A stretch of 64,000 bases of DNA, from sequence record ON568341.1, one strand, 5' to 3'. Below the pieces are notes generated by a model. The model saw nothing but the letters and a program-made list of their open reading frames with translations, ran no database searches and was not told the origin of the DNA. Both the position numbers and the translations under genes were made by a program. This DNA is from Escherichia phage UE-S1. Below, in pieces: positions 8,918 through 18,633 of the stretch. Positions within the stretch are counted from its first letter, which is position 1. Each line of letters begins with the position of its first letter.

Positions 8918-11188
8918 TTATCTAATTGTTACCAACGTTCTTCCGTCGAAACGTACATCAGGAGTTGAAGGTATACTGAACACTACGTTAGTGCCGTTAA
9001 ACGTCACGCTATCGACCTCAACACGAGTATAGACACCTGGACTAACCTGTTCCTGTATCTCTGCTGTGACGATGTTTGAGGCTGTTACAGTAAGGGTGTA
9101 GTAGTTACCACTTAATACCCAAGATGAAATGGTAAATGCATCGGTTCTTACTGAACCTGAACCAATTGGAACCCATTGACCTTGAACTTTTTGCATTGAA
9201 GTACGCTCGGTATTGGAGTATGCAATCATACCATCAACACCAACAGAGTTATCAATAGTAGCTAGTACTGGTAATTGAATACCATATCTATTGAAACGTG
9301 TTCTAATAATTCCATTATCATAGATACTTACATCAGCATAATTCCCCATTGAAAGTTTCAAATCTGAATCAACTAATTGCATTGTACTTTGGTTAGTAGG
9401 GCTTTCTAAAGTAATTATTCCATTTGGTAATAAGCTTAAGTTTTTAAATTTATTCGAATTACCATTAAAATTTGTATTAGCGTTGAAAGTACTAGTTCCA
9501 TTAACTACTATTGTGTTTTCTGCGGCATCACCTAATATTGTATTTCGTTGAACAATCAAGTTACCATTAGCAGTAATATTAGTCGCTGTAGTATCACCAT
9601 TTAATTTTGTATTAGCGTTGAAAGTACTAGTAGCATTAACTACCAATGTGTTTGTTGCGTTGTCACCTAATATAGTATCACTTTGAACATTCAAATTACC
9701 ACTAGCAGTAATATTAGTCGCTGTGGTATCGCCATTTAATTTACTTGTACCATCAACTACGATATTACTATTAAATTTCGTATTAGATTTAAAAGTACTA
9801 GTAGCATTAACTACCAATGTGTTTGCTGCGGTGTCACCTAATATTGTATTGCTTTGAACATTCAAATTACCACTAGCAGTAATATTACTAGCTGAAGTAT
9901 CACCAATTAATCTACTTGTACCATCAACTACGATATTACCATGAAAATCGCTTTCACCGTTTTTAAATTCCACTTGTACCGAATACATAGAACTAAATGA
10001 AATTATATTACTACTTGCACTTATACCAACATTAGTATTAGTTGGGTTATCGAAGTGTAATATTGGAGTTAATGCTGGTGTTGTTGTTGTTTGATAGAGC
10101 GTTAATGATGAGTTGTTAATTCGCACACGTTCTGTTCCGGCAGTACTAAATCCAATAGCATCATCAGCAGGATGAAAAATACCAGTATTAGTATCAGACC
10201 ATTTTTCAGGATCATTACCAGGATTACTTGTTGGGTCGAATGGTTTATTATTAAATGCTATCGCTGGTGCGGAAGCACTCCCATATACAACACCAAAACG
10301 ACCAGACCCTATTGTACCATCATCATACATTGAATCGCCTGTTCTACGTAAACATTCAATTACAACATTATCTATGGAAGTTTGAACTGTACCAGCATTA
10401 GTTCTGAATTGACGATTATTTGCAATCATAATAGTGTTATCATATAACACAGAAGCTGCTGAAATACTTGTTCTTGATTGACGAAGGCGTATGTTTTTAT
10501 CTTCAGTAATAATAATCCAATCACCATCAGATAGTGCTGTTTGATTCATTGGCACACCGGAAGCAAACGGCTTAGTTAAATCATCATCAGTTGCTAAATT
10601 AACAAGTCCACTATGCCCAGTACTAGGGATGGAAGTTGAAATAATTCTTGCAAAAGCGTTTGTTACGAGCTTTGCACCAGATATATTTGGATTAGAATCA
10701 ACATAATATAAAATTTCAACCCAATTCCCCTGTCCAGTTGGGTTAGTTGGAGTAAATGTTACTGGGCTGGTTTTTGGTTTATTCGCTTCAAAATGTGCTT
10801 GGGCGGCATCCATAATACCACGCACAACATAATAATCACCACTAAGTGATGATGAGGGTGCAGGTAGTGGGCTTTGGGCTAACGGTGGGTCAATATCATC
10901 TGGAATCGGATTATATGTACCAACAAACTGTAAACCACTAGTTACTGAATCTGGTAATTGAGATGTAAGAAGTTTACCATTTGCATCTAAGTTAGCGAAA
11001 CGCCTGTATGCCATTGAACCATCTTCAAAATCCAGAACACCCTCGAACGATTTCCATGCTTTATTGTATCTAATCATCCCTGATCTTATTACATCAGCGG
11101 TTTCTTTTGATGGTGCTTTTGGTAATTCTAAAAAAGATTTACTATCAATAATTACACCACCATCACCTCTAATTCGATTTATACTCAT
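8918..11188 (-). CDS. Tail fibre protein, repeat-rich (distal fibre-like)
   Basis: 756 aa; several tandem ~45-aa repeats (NITASGNLNVQS-TILGD-A-NTLVVNATSTF); Thr/Asn/Ser/Gly-rich. Confidence 0.6.
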   Translation of the reverse strand: MSINRIRGDGGVIIDSKSFLELPKAPSKETADVIRSGMIRYNKAWKSFEGVLDFEDGSMAYRRFANLDANGKLLTSQLPDSVTSGLQFVGTYNPIPDDIDPPLAQSPLPAPSSSLSGDYYVVRGIMDAAQAHFEANKPKTSPVTFTPTNPTGQGNWVEILYYVDSNPNISGAKLVTNAFARIISTSIPSTGHSGLVNLATDDDLTKPFASGVPMNQTALSDGDWIIITEDKNIRLRQSRTSISAASVLYDNTIMIANNRQFRTNAGTVQTSIDNVVIECLRRTGDSMYDDGTIGSGRFGVVYGSASAPAIAFNNKPFDPTSNPGNDPEKWSDTNTGIFHPADDAIGFSTAGTERVRINNSSLTLYQTTTTPALTPILHFDNPTNTNVGISASSNIISFSSMYSVQVEFKNGESDFHGNIVVDGTSRLIGDTSASNITASGNLNVQSNTILGDTAANTLVVNATSTFKSNTKFNSNIVVDGTSKLNGDTTATNITASGNLNVQSDTILGDNATNTLVVNATSTFNANTKLNGDTTATNITANGNLIVQRNTILGDAAENTIVVNGTSTFNANTNFNGNSNKFKNLSLLPNGIITLESPTNQSTMQLVDSDLKLSMGNYADVSIYDNGIIRTRFNRYGIQLPVLATIDNSVGVDGMIAYSNTERTSMQKVQGQWVPIGSGSVRTDAFTISSWVLSGNYYTLTVTASNIVTAEIQEQVSPGVYTRVEVDSVTFNGTNVVFSIPSTPDVRFDGRTLVTIR

Positions 11189-11229
11189 TTAAATATTTCC
11201 TCAGAATAGATTATATATGATGTATTTAT

Positions 11230-11267
11230 TTTAGATAAAAGAAAAGGCCAAGTATAGACTTGGCCTT
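11230..11267 (-). terminator. Rho-independent terminator downstream of the 11273-12052 gene
   Basis: AAGGCCAAGT-ata-GACTTGGCCTT hairpin followed on the minus strand by a T-rich tract. Confidence 0.6.
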
Positions 11268-11272
11268 GAAAA

Positions 11273-12052
11273 TTATTTAGTACGTTCAGGTATATCAATA
11301 CCTTCATATACCCAACTCGCAGCTTGTTGTGCTTTATAAATTGCGTTCGGGTCGGAATCATCAACTGCATCAATTGCTTCACATTGTTTATCACAATCAG
11401 AAAATAGTTTTTCAACCATTGCTAATGATTCAGTATATAGCTGTGTCATTTCTTCTGCTGTTAGTTTTACTATAGCATCATCAAGAATAATAGTAACTTC
11501 ATGAGCACCAGACACAACTTGTGTATAATAATTAAGGAGCATTTGGCGACCAGCAAGATCTGTATTATAACGATGTTCTTTGAATACATAACCAGCATTA
11601 ATTCGATTAGTACGTTCTGATAAAGTTCGTTCTTTCAAATCTTTTTTCACATCAGAAATTGGTACATCGACATAATTGTATGTTTTAAGAACAGTCAATG
11701 CTTTATATTCATCAGTTGCATCTTCTAAAAATTCAACTACTGGTTGTTTTTCATCTTTTAATCGAACATATTCCAATGGTTGATCATTCTTATTTACATT
11801 ACCTACATTTTTATATTCTAACCACCAAAAACCTTCTTCTTTTCTTACCTCATCATTTGGTTCTACTGGAGAACCATCATAACTGGAAATACCATACAAA
11901 GTTCTAATATCGCTATAAAGATAGCGATAGGTCTGTGAATCATCAGGAATTGCACCTGGGCGTTCTTTAAGACCTTTAACACCGATTGGGTTTGAGATGA
12001 TACTACCCAATTCATAGTTTTCCTTTGAATTACCTTTCACATATGTGAACAT
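11273..12052 (-). CDS. Hypothetical protein between two fibre genes (possible fibre hinge or assembly component)
   Basis: 259-aa ORF; assignment is by position only. Confidence 0.45.
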   Translation of the reverse strand: MFTYVKGNSKENYELGSIISNPIGVKGLKERPGAIPDDSQTYRYLYSDIRTLYGISSYDGSPVEPNDEVRKEEGFWWLEYKNVGNVNKNDQPLEYVRLKDEKQPVVEFLEDATDEYKALTVLKTYNYVDVPISDVKKDLKERTLSERTNRINAGYVFKEHRYNTDLAGRQMLLNYYTQVVSGAHEVTIILDDAIVKLTAEEMTQLYTESLAMVEKLFSDCDKQCEAIDAVDDSDPNAIYKAQQAASWVYEGIDIPERTK

Positions 12053-12117
12053 ATAACTACCTCACTTGTTACGATGGTGTCACCCAAGTAAGGTGACACC
12101 TTTTATTATAATTATTA

Positions 12118-15100
12118 TTAAGCAGTACGTTGAGCAATAAACATATCTGCTACTGAACTTACACCATCATAAATTACTTGATAGATAGTTACAGAGTTTG
12201 CAGTTTTGTTAAGTGTTCCATCAACTACAGCATATGTACCATCGGTAGTAAAGTTTCTATTACCTGTTGTATCTTGTTTAACATAAATGTATACTGAAGA
12301 TGCTTTACCACCACCAATTAGACCAGTGATAGGTGCTAGTGTTGTATCTTGATCAAGTGTGATGAAGTATACGTTGCTAGTTCCGTCAGGTGTCCAAGTT
12401 CCAGAAGGTGCAATAACAGAAGAAGTTACTTGATTTGGTATAACATCATATTTTTTGGTAGTTACTTTTGTTGTAGTGAAGTCTGCGTTGGTTGTAGATA
12501 AATGACCTGTGACAGTTACACCCTTGTCAAATACTGCATTTTCTTTGAAAGAAGATGTTGCATTAACAGTTAATGTATCAGAATCAGAATCACCTAACAC
12601 AACACTACCATTTGCTGTCATTAAACCAGTAACAGTTAGTGTACCGCCGATTGTAGCTTCACCAGTTACAGATGCACTAGCAAGTGTAGCTGCACCAGAT
12701 GTTGTAATGGTGGTAACAGTAGCGTCTTCAAGTGTAATACTTGATGCAGTTAATTTTCCATCAACCGTTAGGCTACCAGTAACATTCGCACCAGCCGACA
12801 TAGTTACTGCTCCACCAAATGAACCAGTGGTCATGACTTCAAGGGTATTTCCTTTAAGTAATTTAGTTGCAGTTATATTTTCACCAGCAGTAATACTAGT
12901 ACCAGCAGCAACACCATTGGTTGCAGTTAATGATTTAACAGCCACGTCAGAGTTTGATTGGTTTAGTGTTGCGTTTAGAATGCCAGTTACAGTGAAGTCA
13001 CCGTTGTTAACTACGTTACCGTTGATTGTTAAGTTATTGTTTTTAGAACCAACATCACCGATGGTTGCTGATTTAGAAATCAATTCTGCACCAGATGTAA
13101 TGTTACCTGCGGCACTAATAGTGTTAGCTGCCTTAACTGCATAAGGTTCAATAGTTTGACCACTAACATCGATATCAGCATTAATACCACCATCAACACG
13201 TAAAGAACCAGCAATGTAAGTATTAGGGAAAATTTGAACAGTTTCTGAGTGTTCACCAACCTGTGTACCAATAATAACAGATGAACCAGTTTTTATTGAA
13301 CCTTCAGATGTTAGTGCTCCCACTGTTGCTGTGCCAGTAACGTTTAGTTTGCCACCAACTTTAGCGTTATTAGTTACTGTTAACGCTATATCATCACCAT
13401 TAAGAGTCATTGATGATGCAGATGCGTTTCCAGTAACATCGAGTGTACCACCAATAGTTGCATTGCCATCAGAATGTAGAGTTTGTGCAACAGAAAGACT
13501 GTTTGCAACCACATCAGTACTGGTCAAATCCAATGCACCCGGTGTTAATGTACCAGTAATGTTAACATTATTACCAAATGTTGCTGCCCCAGTAACATCT
13601 AGGGTAGAGCTAAATGTACCAGAAGTTGCAGAGATTGAACCAGATTCTAGTGAACCAACAGTAGTTTTTCCAGTTACACCTAGTGTACCACCAACTGTTC
13701 CATTTGTTGTAACTTCTAATGTTCCAGTACTTAGATCTTTCGCTGTAACTTTGTCAGATGCGTTAATAGTTGTTGTTGTAACACCACCACTTAGGGTGCT
13801 TGCACCAGTAACACTGAGTGTTTTAGCTGCACTAACGCTGTTTACGTTAAGATCTGCACCAGATAGGTCTAAACCACCTTCAGGAATAAATTTACCCTTA
13901 ACGGTTAGTTGTTGAACAGAACTGTCACCAGTAACATCCAGTGTAGAAGCAGTTAGACCACCATTCAGGCTTGCTTCCCCAGTAACATCTAGGGTAGTTG
14001 TTACAGTCGCACTGTTAAGAGTGGAGTTACCGGAAATATTAGCACTTGGTGCAGTGATTGAACCTTTATCAACTTGTACATCACCAGAAACAACTTTAAT
14101 ACCACCAGCATCAACTGTTAGTTTTTCGGCAGTGTTCAAAGTACTTGAAATTGTTGTTGCACCAGTTAAGGTTGTGGTTCCTGCAACACTCATGTTTCCA
14201 GAGATAGATGGATTACCTGTAATGTTACCAGTAGTTAGAACCAAGTCAGTACCTACAGTAGTGGAACCAGTACTTTCTAATGTTACACCGACAATATTTG
14301 CAGATTTAAGGTCAATGGAGCCATCAACAGTCAAGTTACCATGTACTGTTGCATCACCGAGTGAATTTAATGATTTCACAGAAACATCAGTTTTACTAAG
14401 GTCAATTACACCAGCAGTAAGTGTTCCAGATACTGCCAAATCACCAGTAATTGCTGTATTTTTAGTAATAGATACAGTTTCTGATGCTGACGTAATTGAG
14501 CCAACAGTAAGTGCACCACCAATGGTTGCATTGTTAGTTACAGTTAACGCTGTTTCTTCACCAGATAGTGTTAAAGAAATACCATTCATTTCACCAGTAA
14601 TATTTGCAGATGCCGCAGAAATATCGCCAGCAACTACCGCATTTGTTGCGTTTAGAGTTGTTGTAGTAATTTCAGTACTTTTTACTTTAGGAAGTGCGTT
14701 GATACCATCTTTACTATTAACTGTAATAATACCAGAACTTGTTAGCGATTTAACAGAAACATCTGCACCACTTAAGTTAACTGTTCCAGAAACAACTAGA
14801 TCGCCACCAATATTAGCACCTTCTGTTGTAGTGATTGATTTTGCATTAACTTCAGTTTGGCTCAAATCAATTGTACCAGGTGATACAGTTCCAGAAACAG
14901 TAAGATTACCAGTAATGGTGGTATCATTAGAAATAGATACACCATCATCATTACTAATTGTTGGGGTTTCAATAGTAACAGCTTTAACTTTACCTGAAGA
15001 AGTCATATCAGCAACAGTTGATGTACCAGTAACCTTTAGATTAGTAATATTTGCAGTAGTTGAACCAAGTGTAGTAATAGTACCATCAGTACTTTCTAGT

Positions 15101-17601
15101 TTAGGAAGAACACTAGCAATAGAAGATTCTTTACTAACAATTGCACCAGTGCTGGTTAGTGATTTTGCAGTTACATCAGCATTAGTAAGGTCAACTGTTC
15201 CATTAACGGTTAGATCTCCCCCAACTGTTGCACCAGCAGTAGTAGTAATTGAATTAGCATTAACATCTGCTTTAGTTAGATCAATTGAACCTGGAATGAT
15301 TGCACCAGAGACAGTTAGATCACCAGTTACTTTTGTATTATTAGCAATTGTAATTCCATGTTCATTGGAAATATTAGGAGTTACTAATGAAGGAGTAGTA
15401 GTTACGCCAGATACATTTAATGTTGTACCAACTAATACACTTGATAGATTAGATTGTCCAGTTACGTGAAGTTCATCTGCATTAACAGTTGTGATAGTTG
15501 CAGTTGTACTTTTAAGTACTGGGAGTACGTTTTCGGACACACTATCATTGCTTTTAATAACACCAGAAGTAGTAAGTGATTTAACATTAAGTTCGGCTTC
15601 TGATAAATCAAAAGAACCTTTAACTACGAGGTCACCACCTACTGTTGCACCAGCAGTAGTAGTAATAGATTTTGCATTAAGTTCGGCTGCACTTAAATCT
15701 AGTGAACCAACAGTTAAGCTACCAGTGATATCAACATTTTCAGTAAAGGTAGTCTCCCCACTAATCGTTGGGGCAGTTAAACTCGTCGCAGTGATATTAG
15801 TACCTTTGATTGTTTCACCACTTAATGTACCACTAGCAGTAATAGTCGGTGCGGTAACTTCTGTAGATGCACTAATTGTTGGTGCGGAAACCGAAGTTGT
15901 ACCAGTAATAACACCAGAACTTACTGATCCAGCAGATAATGCACCAGAAAGAGTTGCAGTTGTACCAGTAATATCACCAGTGACAGTTAGTGCTCCACCA
16001 ACAGTAGTATCACCTGTACTTTCCAAAGTTGCACCTTTGACATGTTCGGCTGCCACAACTGATTTTGGTGTTAAATCTTGTCCACTAACGTCAACGGTTA
16101 AACCAGTTACTTTACCAGTGAAATCAACATCATTAAGAATTGCCTTACCACCAACTTGTAGGAATGGTGTACTTGGGTCTTGTGTTTCGTTACCTGTAAT
16201 TGTTAGATAATCTAATTTGTTTAGACCATTACCAGTAATACCATATGTTGATAGTGATGCATTGCCAAATGTTGCAGTTTTAAGAACTTTCAATGTAGCT
16301 GGAGAAACCAACTCAGATTGAACTTCATTCGGTAAAATAACAGTTGGTCGTTGTTCTGGTGTAGTATATGCAAAACCGAGTTTAACCGCTGGGTCTTGAC
16401 TATTTTTACCTAAACTGATAGATTTGAAAGTTGCAGTACCGTTTAAACCAGTAATATTAGAACCTAGTGTAACACCACCCACCAATGAAGTAGTTCCTGA
16501 TACATTCAATGTGGTTGCATTAATATCATCCAACTGGAATTCGCCACCAAGAAGACCAGAAACATTAATGTTATTAAAATTAGCTGTGCCAGTACTTTCA
16601 ATATTTGGGATAGTTGCAGTACCAGTAACTTCAAAATCAGCAACTTTAGTTTTACCTTTTTTTACTTCTAGAAGTGGTGTGTCTGGTGATTGAGTATCGT
16701 TACCAGAAACAGTTAGATAATCTAATTTGTTTAGACCATTACCAGTAATGCCATAGGTTGGCAATGATGCATTACCAAATGTTGCAGATGTCAAAACAGT
16801 CAATTTTGCTGGTGACATTAGTTCAGATTGAATTTCGTTTTGTAGAATTACAGTAGGACGCTTATCTGGGGCACTGTAAGGAAAGCTTAGTCTAAAGGTT
16901 TGTGATTCAGAGTTAGAGCCAATACGGATGTCTTTAAATGTAGCAGTACTATTAATACCTGTTACATTAGCACCAAAAGTTACAGCACCTTTTTGGTTAG
17001 ATGCACCAGTGACGTTCAATGTTTCAGCATTCAAATCAGAAAGATTAAACTCACCGCCTAGTGTACCATTAATGTTTACATCGTTGAATTCAGCAGTACC
17101 AGTGCTTGTAATATCAGTTGTAGACATAGTTGTGATTTCTGCGGAATTAGCAGTAATTTTATCAAAAGCAGCAGTTGTACCAACATCAGCAGTTAAGTTA
17201 CCTTTAAGTGTTGTTACTTCATCAACTTCTAAGCTTTTTACTTTAGTTTCTTGTAGTGCTGTTGACCCAGCAGTTTGTGTAAAATCACCACCAACTGACA
17301 CAACACCGTTAAATGTAGCATTTGCATTGATTGTTGCTGTATCAGAACCACCATCTTCACTACCGATAGTAGTGTTACCTTTAACATCAAGACCACCACT
17401 TAGTGTTGCTTTTCCAGCAACATCTAATGTAGATGTAATATTGGCAGTTTCTGTTTCAATGGCAGTAAAAGATGCATTTGCAAAAGATATACTACCATTT
17501 ACAGTTAGGTTATTCTTGAATACAGCATTCCCTTTGACTAAAAGATCCTTACCAACCGTGCCAGCACCAGTAATATCTAAGTCAGTTTTTATTGAGTACA
17601 T
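12118..17601 (-). CDS. Large tail fibre protein (proximal long-fibre-like) with internal tandem domain duplication
   Basis: 1827 aa; Thr/Gly/Ser/Asn/Val-rich; repeated DLSKADVNAKSITTTAGATVGGDL-type modules; ~500-bp direct repeat in the DNA. Confidence 0.65.
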   Translation of the reverse strand: MYSIKTDLDITGAGTVGKDLLVKGNAVFKNNLTVNGSISFANASFTAIETETANITSTLDVAGKATLSGGLDVKGNTTIGSEDGGSDTATINANATFNGVVSVGGDFTQTAGSTALQETKVKSLEVDEVTTLKGNLTADVGTTAAFDKITANSAEITTMSTTDITSTGTAEFNDVNINGTLGGEFNLSDLNAETLNVTGASNQKGAVTFGANVTGINSTATFKDIRIGSNSESQTFRLSFPYSAPDKRPTVILQNEIQSELMSPAKLTVLTSATFGNASLPTYGITGNGLNKLDYLTVSGNDTQSPDTPLLEVKKGKTKVADFEVTGTATIPNIESTGTANFNNINVSGLLGGEFQLDDINATTLNVSGTTSLVGGVTLGSNITGLNGTATFKSISLGKNSQDPAVKLGFAYTTPEQRPTVILPNEVQSELVSPATLKVLKTATFGNASLSTYGITGNGLNKLDYLTITGNETQDPSTPFLQVGGKAILNDVDFTGKVTGLTVDVSGQDLTPKSVVAAEHVKGATLESTGDTTVGGALTVTGDITGTTATLSGALSAGSVSSGVITGTTSVSAPTISASTEVTAPTITASGTLSGETIKGTNITATSLTAPTISGETTFTENVDITGSLTVGSLDLSAAELNAKSITTTAGATVGGDLVVKGSFDLSEAELNVKSLTTSGVIKSNDSVSENVLPVLKSTTATITTVNADELHVTGQSNLSSVLVGTTLNVSGVTTTPSLVTPNISNEHGITIANNTKVTGDLTVSGAIIPGSIDLTKADVNANSITTTAGATVGGDLTVNGTVDLTNADVTAKSLTSTGAIVSKESSIASVLPKLESTDGTITTLGSTTANITNLKVTGTSTVADMTSSGKVKAVTIETPTISNDDGVSISNDTTITGNLTVSGTVSPGTIDLSQTEVNAKSITTTEGANIGGDLVVSGTVNLSGADVSVKSLTSSGIITVNSKDGINALPKVKSTEITTTTLNATNAVVAGDISAASANITGEMNGISLTLSGEETALTVTNNATIGGALTVGSITSASETVSITKNTAITGDLAVSGTLTAGVIDLSKTDVSVKSLNSLGDATVHGNLTVDGSIDLKSANIVGVTLESTGSTTVGTDLVLTTGNITGNPSISGNMSVAGTTTLTGATTISSTLNTAEKLTVDAGGIKVVSGDVQVDKGSITAPSANISGNSTLNSATVTTTLDVTGEASLNGGLTASTLDVTGDSSVQQLTVKGKFIPEGGLDLSGADLNVNSVSAAKTLSVTGASTLSGGVTTTTINASDKVTAKDLSTGTLEVTTNGTVGGTLGVTGKTTVGSLESGSISATSGTFSSTLDVTGAATFGNNVNITGTLTPGALDLTSTDVVANSLSVAQTLHSDGNATIGGTLDVTGNASASSMTLNGDDIALTVTNNAKVGGKLNVTGTATVGALTSEGSIKTGSSVIIGTQVGEHSETVQIFPNTYIAGSLRVDGGINADIDVSGQTIEPYAVKAANTISAAGNITSGAELISKSATIGDVGSKNNNLTINGNVVNNGDFTVTGILNATLNQSNSDVAVKSLTATNGVAAGTSITAGENITATKLLKGNTLEVMTTGSFGGAVTMSAGANVTGSLTVDGKLTASSITLEDATVTTITTSGAATLASASVTGEATIGGTLTVTGLMTANGSVVLGDSDSDTLTVNATSSFKENAVFDKGVTVTGHLSTTNADFTTTKVTTKKYDVIPNQVTSSVIAPSGTWTPDGTSNVYFITLDQDTTLAPITGLIGGGKASSVYIYVKQDTTGNRNFTTDGTYAVVDGTLNKTANSVTIYQVIYDGVSSVADMFIAQRTA
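16150..17150 (-). repeat. Tandem direct duplication (~504 bp unit, two copies) inside the 1827-aa fibre gene
   Basis: GTTAGATAATCTAATTTGTTTAGACCATTACCAGTAAT... occurs at ~16205 and ~16709 with long flanking similarity; protein module ITGNGLNKLDYLT... repeated. Confidence 0.7.
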
Positions 17602-17684
17602 TTATACCCTCCATGATAACCTTGTTAATATGTATATATTTAGTTTTATTCTTCTGTTAACTAATAATTTGTCAAAATAAAAAA

Positions 17685-17715
17685 CCAGACTTATTGATAA
17701 CAAGTCTGGATTCAT
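17685..17715 (-). terminator. Rho-independent terminator
   Basis: CCAGACTT-attgataac-AAGTCTGG hairpin followed on the minus strand by a T-tract. Confidence 0.5.
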
Positions 17716-17717
17716 TT

Positions 17718-18617
17718 TTACTTACCAGAGATAACAATCTTCCCACTGAATGTAACATCAGAAGTAAAGATTACGTCACCAGTATTGCTAATTTGTGTGC
17801 CAGTTACTACCAATTCAAATGGTGATGTCGAAACACTACCAGGTGTCTTATTTGCATAAATCGAAACATACAAATTTTCTGGTGATTGTTTGTGTTCAGA
17901 TGCTGGAATTGTGATGGTGAACTCATCTTTATTAGAAATCCAATCATCTTGGTTTATCAATTTACTATAAGGTACTGTCATTGTTGTTGCTCCTATAATG
18001 TTTACTATAACATTTATATAATCCGTAATTTTGCCAATTGCATCTATTGTAATATCACCAGCACCGTTCACTACTACAGATGTTTGAAATACTGAATCCA
18101 ATGTCCTACTACCAGGAGAATCACCATGTAGTTGTATCATGATATCAGGCCCACGCCCATGTACAGATGCTGGAATGGTGTATGTATAATGGTCGGTAGT
18201 ATCTGGTACTAATGTAAATGCAGATACTGGTACAGTTTCAGTTGTTACATATGAACTATCAGTTTCATGTGAACTACCTTTGAATGATTTCCAAATACCA
18301 AGGTCTTTAATATAAATTTGAAGAACATTAGTTTCATCAACTAAAAAATACACATCACCATCTGACCCAATAGATTCATCCGGGGCACTGGTCCCACGCA
18401 AAATACCAGAACTACCAGTGCCACTATGTGCGTTTAGATATCCTAACGTAACTAGATGTGTGTTAGCGGTCGGGTCACCTGCTGAAATTGGAAGAAGTTT
18501 TGTTCCTGAGTAGTTTTGTATTTGCACGACACTACCATTTGTGGTAATCTGTGCACCATTCTTCCCAAGAATGAAGGATTTCTTCATTGTTCCTTCTAAA
18601 TTAGAAAAAACTGCCAT
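17718..18617 (-). CDS. Tail fibre or tailspike protein sharing an N-terminal module with the next gene
   Basis: N-terminus MAVFSNLEGTMKKSFILGKNGA... parallels MAVFSNFEGTMKPKMILGKNGA... of the 18634-20775 protein. Confidence 0.55.
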   Translation of the reverse strand: MAVFSNLEGTMKKSFILGKNGAQITTNGSVVQIQNYSGTKLLPISAGDPTANTHLVTLGYLNAHSGTGSSGILRGTSAPDESIGSDGDVYFLVDETNVLQIYIKDLGIWKSFKGSSHETDSSYVTTETVPVSAFTLVPDTTDHYTYTIPASVHGRGPDIMIQLHGDSPGSRTLDSVFQTSVVVNGAGDITIDAIGKITDYINVIVNIIGATTMTVPYSKLINQDDWISNKDEFTITIPASEHKQSPENLYVSIYANKTPGSVSTSPFELVVTGTQISNTGDVIFTSDVTFSGKIVISGK

Positions 18618-18633
18618 TTTAATTTAATCTCCT

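Noticed and set aside
12061-12100. Hairpin GGTGTCACC-caagtaa-GGTGACACC as a terminator for the minus-strand fibre gene
   Set aside because: Its T-tract is on the plus strand, opposite to the flanking minus-strand genes; it may stop antisense transcription or be an mRNA processing or stability element, so orientation and role are left unassigned
12509-17680. Several long plus-strand ORFs (for example 12509-13144, 13331-13915, 14021-15469, 15491-16210, 16928-17680) antisense to the 1827-aa fibre gene
   Set aside because: They lie entirely inside the minus-strand fibre gene and give Val/Thr/Pro/Ala-rich low-complexity translations typical of reading repeat-rich codons in the wrong strand; no ribosome-binding sites seen
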